From Squalus acanthias (Eukaryota), in the NCBI GenBank assembly GCA_030390025.1, contig CM059432.1:60018001-60082000 (forward strand): 64,000 nt of DNA, in the 5' to 3' direction. Position 1 is the first letter of the stretch. Every line of letters starts with the position of its first letter. The position numbers and the translations under genes are program-made. Under the pieces are notes generated by a model. It did not search any database. It had not been told where the DNA came from and saw only the letters and a list, made by a program, of their open reading frames with translations. Shown here one piece after another: positions 61,254 through 64,000 of the stretch.

Positions 61254-62359
61254 TTCCAAGTGCTTCAGTGATCATGTCATTTGACTGATAGTGTTAATAC
61301 AGGTACCTCACAATGTTAGGCGCAATTACTCTTCCCAATCCCAGATTATGTTGTGAACTGTCAGTGCTTGAATAAAAAATAATAAAAAAATATATGTAAG
61401 TTAATAATGAATATTTCTAACAGTTTTTTAAAAAATTGATGTTAATCCTCCCCTTTTAAGTCATCTTATTAACATTCTATTTACCCATACAAGTCTTGAC
61501 CAGTTTTGTCGCTCCACTTCAGGTCTTCGAGCTTACAATGCTTCAGATTCTGGAGGAGTGAATTTATTTGAACTAATGCAATTTTTATGACTGGCATTCT
61601 CAGATATTTTTCAACATGGCAGTAAGATAAAAATTATGTGGGCAGTGAAAACAATGGGAAATTGCAACATGCAATGCATAAGTAGGCTGTGGGATACATT
61701 ATATATGCCCATCCAAGGTAGTTCAGCAAACCTTGTGAGGTGCATCTGTGCACTCCAGAACTTTCTTATGAATTTAAATGTAGTTTCATGCAATAAAAAC
61801 TCAGCACAAATTAGACAAGGTAGTCAGTAAGATTTATGATGTCCATTAACACTGTTAGACTTACATAAGGGATTATTGTAACTATTTAAGTGTCAGTGTA
61901 TTATATCACAAGCACGGTTTCAAGTATTCTTCTTTTTGTAGGTCTGTTGCAATTAATAACTTAGTTCTATGGTGGTTGTCACATACTATTAGTGCATTCA
62001 TTAAGTAAAAGCCCCATCTTTCCATGTATGCCATGGACCTGTAAATCAGTACCCAAATGGGTACATGTGTCCCGTAAATTTATGCGCCATACCCTGGAAA
62101 CTCAGTATAACAGCAAAATGTGTTTTCTTGCCCTGCTGATGGCATCTGCTGAACATAATGTACATATTGCTGTGGTAAACCACAGTGCCTGTTACAGCTC
62201 CAATGCAGCGGTGTTGATCAGTCAAGTCTCCAGCAGGTAACACAAAAGATCTAGTTGATCTAGTGTCACAAAAGTTCACTACTAGGGTATCTTTAATGTC
62301 CATTGGGAGTATGTATCACCAAGTTTACTTGCAGCAAACAATAAAGCTCTATTACTACC

Positions 62360-62545
62360 TTCCACAACCTGGCCATCATGAGGGCACAGCCCTTGCCACC
62401 AAGGATACGGCCACCAGTGCAGGAGCAGGAGGAGGAGGAAGAGCAAGAGACGGACGAGGAGGAAGCGGAAGGAAGGAGGCAACCCAGACAGGCCCTTTCT
62501 GGCTGGGATATCTGGGATCGAATCATCCGTCTGCGGTACGAGTGA
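62360..62545 (+). pseudogene. Harbinger copy 4: transposase C-terminal remnant
   Basis: FHNLAIMRAQPLP...acidic tract...WDRIIRLRYE-stop, equivalent to LHNLAIMR...RERLIRLRFQ of copy 1; AATAAA at 62638. Confidence 0.8.
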
Positions 62546-62713
62546 ACGCAACCGCAATTCCCCATTCAACATTTGTCCCACACCTTACCTTCCCTCTGTT
62601 AATGATCATCACAGTGTCCTCTTGGCCACAATGTTGAAATAAAAGCCACAACAAAGCAAACATTCCAATCAAACTTTATCCATCTGTCCATCCAATGTTA
62701 CATCAAAAATCAA

Positions 62714-63732
62714 CTAATCACCCTTGTACATTCCCTTAGTGACTGTCTTGTGTGTGCCTTTGCCTATCCTAGTGCTCCTATGCAGTGCTACCCCAGTGGC
62801 TGCAGCATGGCTGGTGGAAGGCTGCTGACTTTCAGTGGGGGACACTGCAGATGGCCTTGCAGGATGACCACGAGGAGCTCTGGGCCTAGTAGGCCCGGCT
62901 TCGGACTGCACCACCTCAGCATAGGCGGCAGCAGTCTAGGCTGGCTGGCCTACAGGTAACAGCAATGGCACTGGCAGAGTGACAGTGGTGGGAGGACAAA
63001 TGCTGTCATCTTGAGAAAGGACAGCAAGGTAATCCTCCACGGATCCATTTCCACTCCCCCCGGGCAGCACCTCAGCAATCCTAGTAATCTGCTGGAGTAC
63101 AGACAGCTGGACTGCTGGGACACCCGGCAAGCCCCTGTCAACACTGGTAAACCCAGACATGATGGCAGCAGTCTGTGCTTGCATAGCAGCAAGCTGAGCT
63201 TGCATGACTTCAGTCTGAACTTCCATTGCAGCACTCAGACATTGGGTGGCTTCTGCTTATAATGCAATGGAAGCTGAAACTTCGGCAATCAGACACGGCA
63301 TTATGGTTGGGTCCACAAGTGCGTTAATAGATCTGCCCACTCCTTCCACGCTGGAAAGGATGGGCTCCAAGCTCTGCCCAAAGCCCAGTGCAGGGCTGGA
63401 GCTGGACTCCTCCATGCAGCATTCTTCTGTAGGCCGCACCATCAAAGTCTTCATCTGAGTCCTGTGCAGCAGAACTCGAGTGCGACCTCACCCTCCGGGG
63501 TGCTGGCACCCGAGCTACCCTTTCCCCTTGCCCTTGCTGCAGGCCACTCATGCCCAGTGTCTCACCATGTGCAGATCCCGTGTTTAACCTATCCTCTAAA
63601 GTGCCCGGAGTGTCAGTATCTGAGCTGGGTGTGTGAAATCGAGTGACGGTGTTTCTTCTTCTTCTTCCTCTTCATTCGCCTCTCCCTCTTCATGTTGACT
63701 CACTGGCTGGGCAGGCTGGATTTCTTGGGTTT
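62714..63732 (-). pseudogene. Harbinger copy 4: last exon of the Myb-partner gene
   Basis: SSAAQDSDEDFDGAAYRR, QSLEPILS and VQSEAGPTRPRAPRG...YKGD-stop are colinear with copies 1-3; acceptor TTTTCATTTCAG at 63733. Confidence 0.85.
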
Positions 63733-63879
63733 CTGAAATGAAAAAGGCACAAGGGTAGGGTTATGGTGAGGGTAGGGAGGGGGGTAAAGCAAGCTTACAG
63801 CACGTGCAGATTGTAAATCAGAAGAGGTTGTGGGATGAGGGGGAGTGGGATGTGAGAAGGAGAATAACATATGAGGATA

Positions 63880-64000
63880 TGTGTCTGCGTGGGTTTCCTC
63901 CGGGTGCTCCGGTTTCCTCCCACAGTCCAAAGATGTGCGGGTTAGGTTGATTTGGCTATGATAAATTGACCCTTAGTGTTAGGGGGATTAATACGTGGGG
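63880..64000 (+). mobile_element. HE1-like V-SINE fragment running off the window
   Basis: TGTGTCTGCGTGGGTTTCCTCCGGGTGCTCCGG V-domain. Confidence 0.9.

Overview
Eukaryotic, repeat-dominated DNA, almost certainly from a shark or ray. The taxon is inferred from HE1-type V-SINEs, a Deu-domain SINE, elasmobranch-type CR1 LINEs and Penelope elements. I cannot support any host protein-coding gene, tRNA/rRNA gene or CRISPR array. The window holds: (1) four decayed two-gene PIF/Harbinger transposons, each with a spliced Myb/SANT partner gene convergent with a HARBI1-like DDE transposase, plus about a dozen Harbinger-type MITEs; (2) several CR1 LINEs, one with a zinc-finger/SGNH-esterase ORF1, plus a second LINE family and an L2 relic; (3) Penelope-like fragments, one with a GIY-YIG ORF, whose pseudo-LTRs carry minimal hammerhead ribozyme cores; (4) three or four SINE families; (5) a candidate solo LTR; (6) a 1.8-kb CACCTG-rich minisatellite with a 619-bp higher-order duplication; (7) a homeobox-motif-rich unique stretch that may be a conserved enhancer. 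The least expected signal is that four Harbinger-type MITEs are flanked by 3-mers that are reverse complements of each other rather than direct duplications. All family assignments come from motif recognition by eye; boundaries without a quoted TIR or TSD are approximate.
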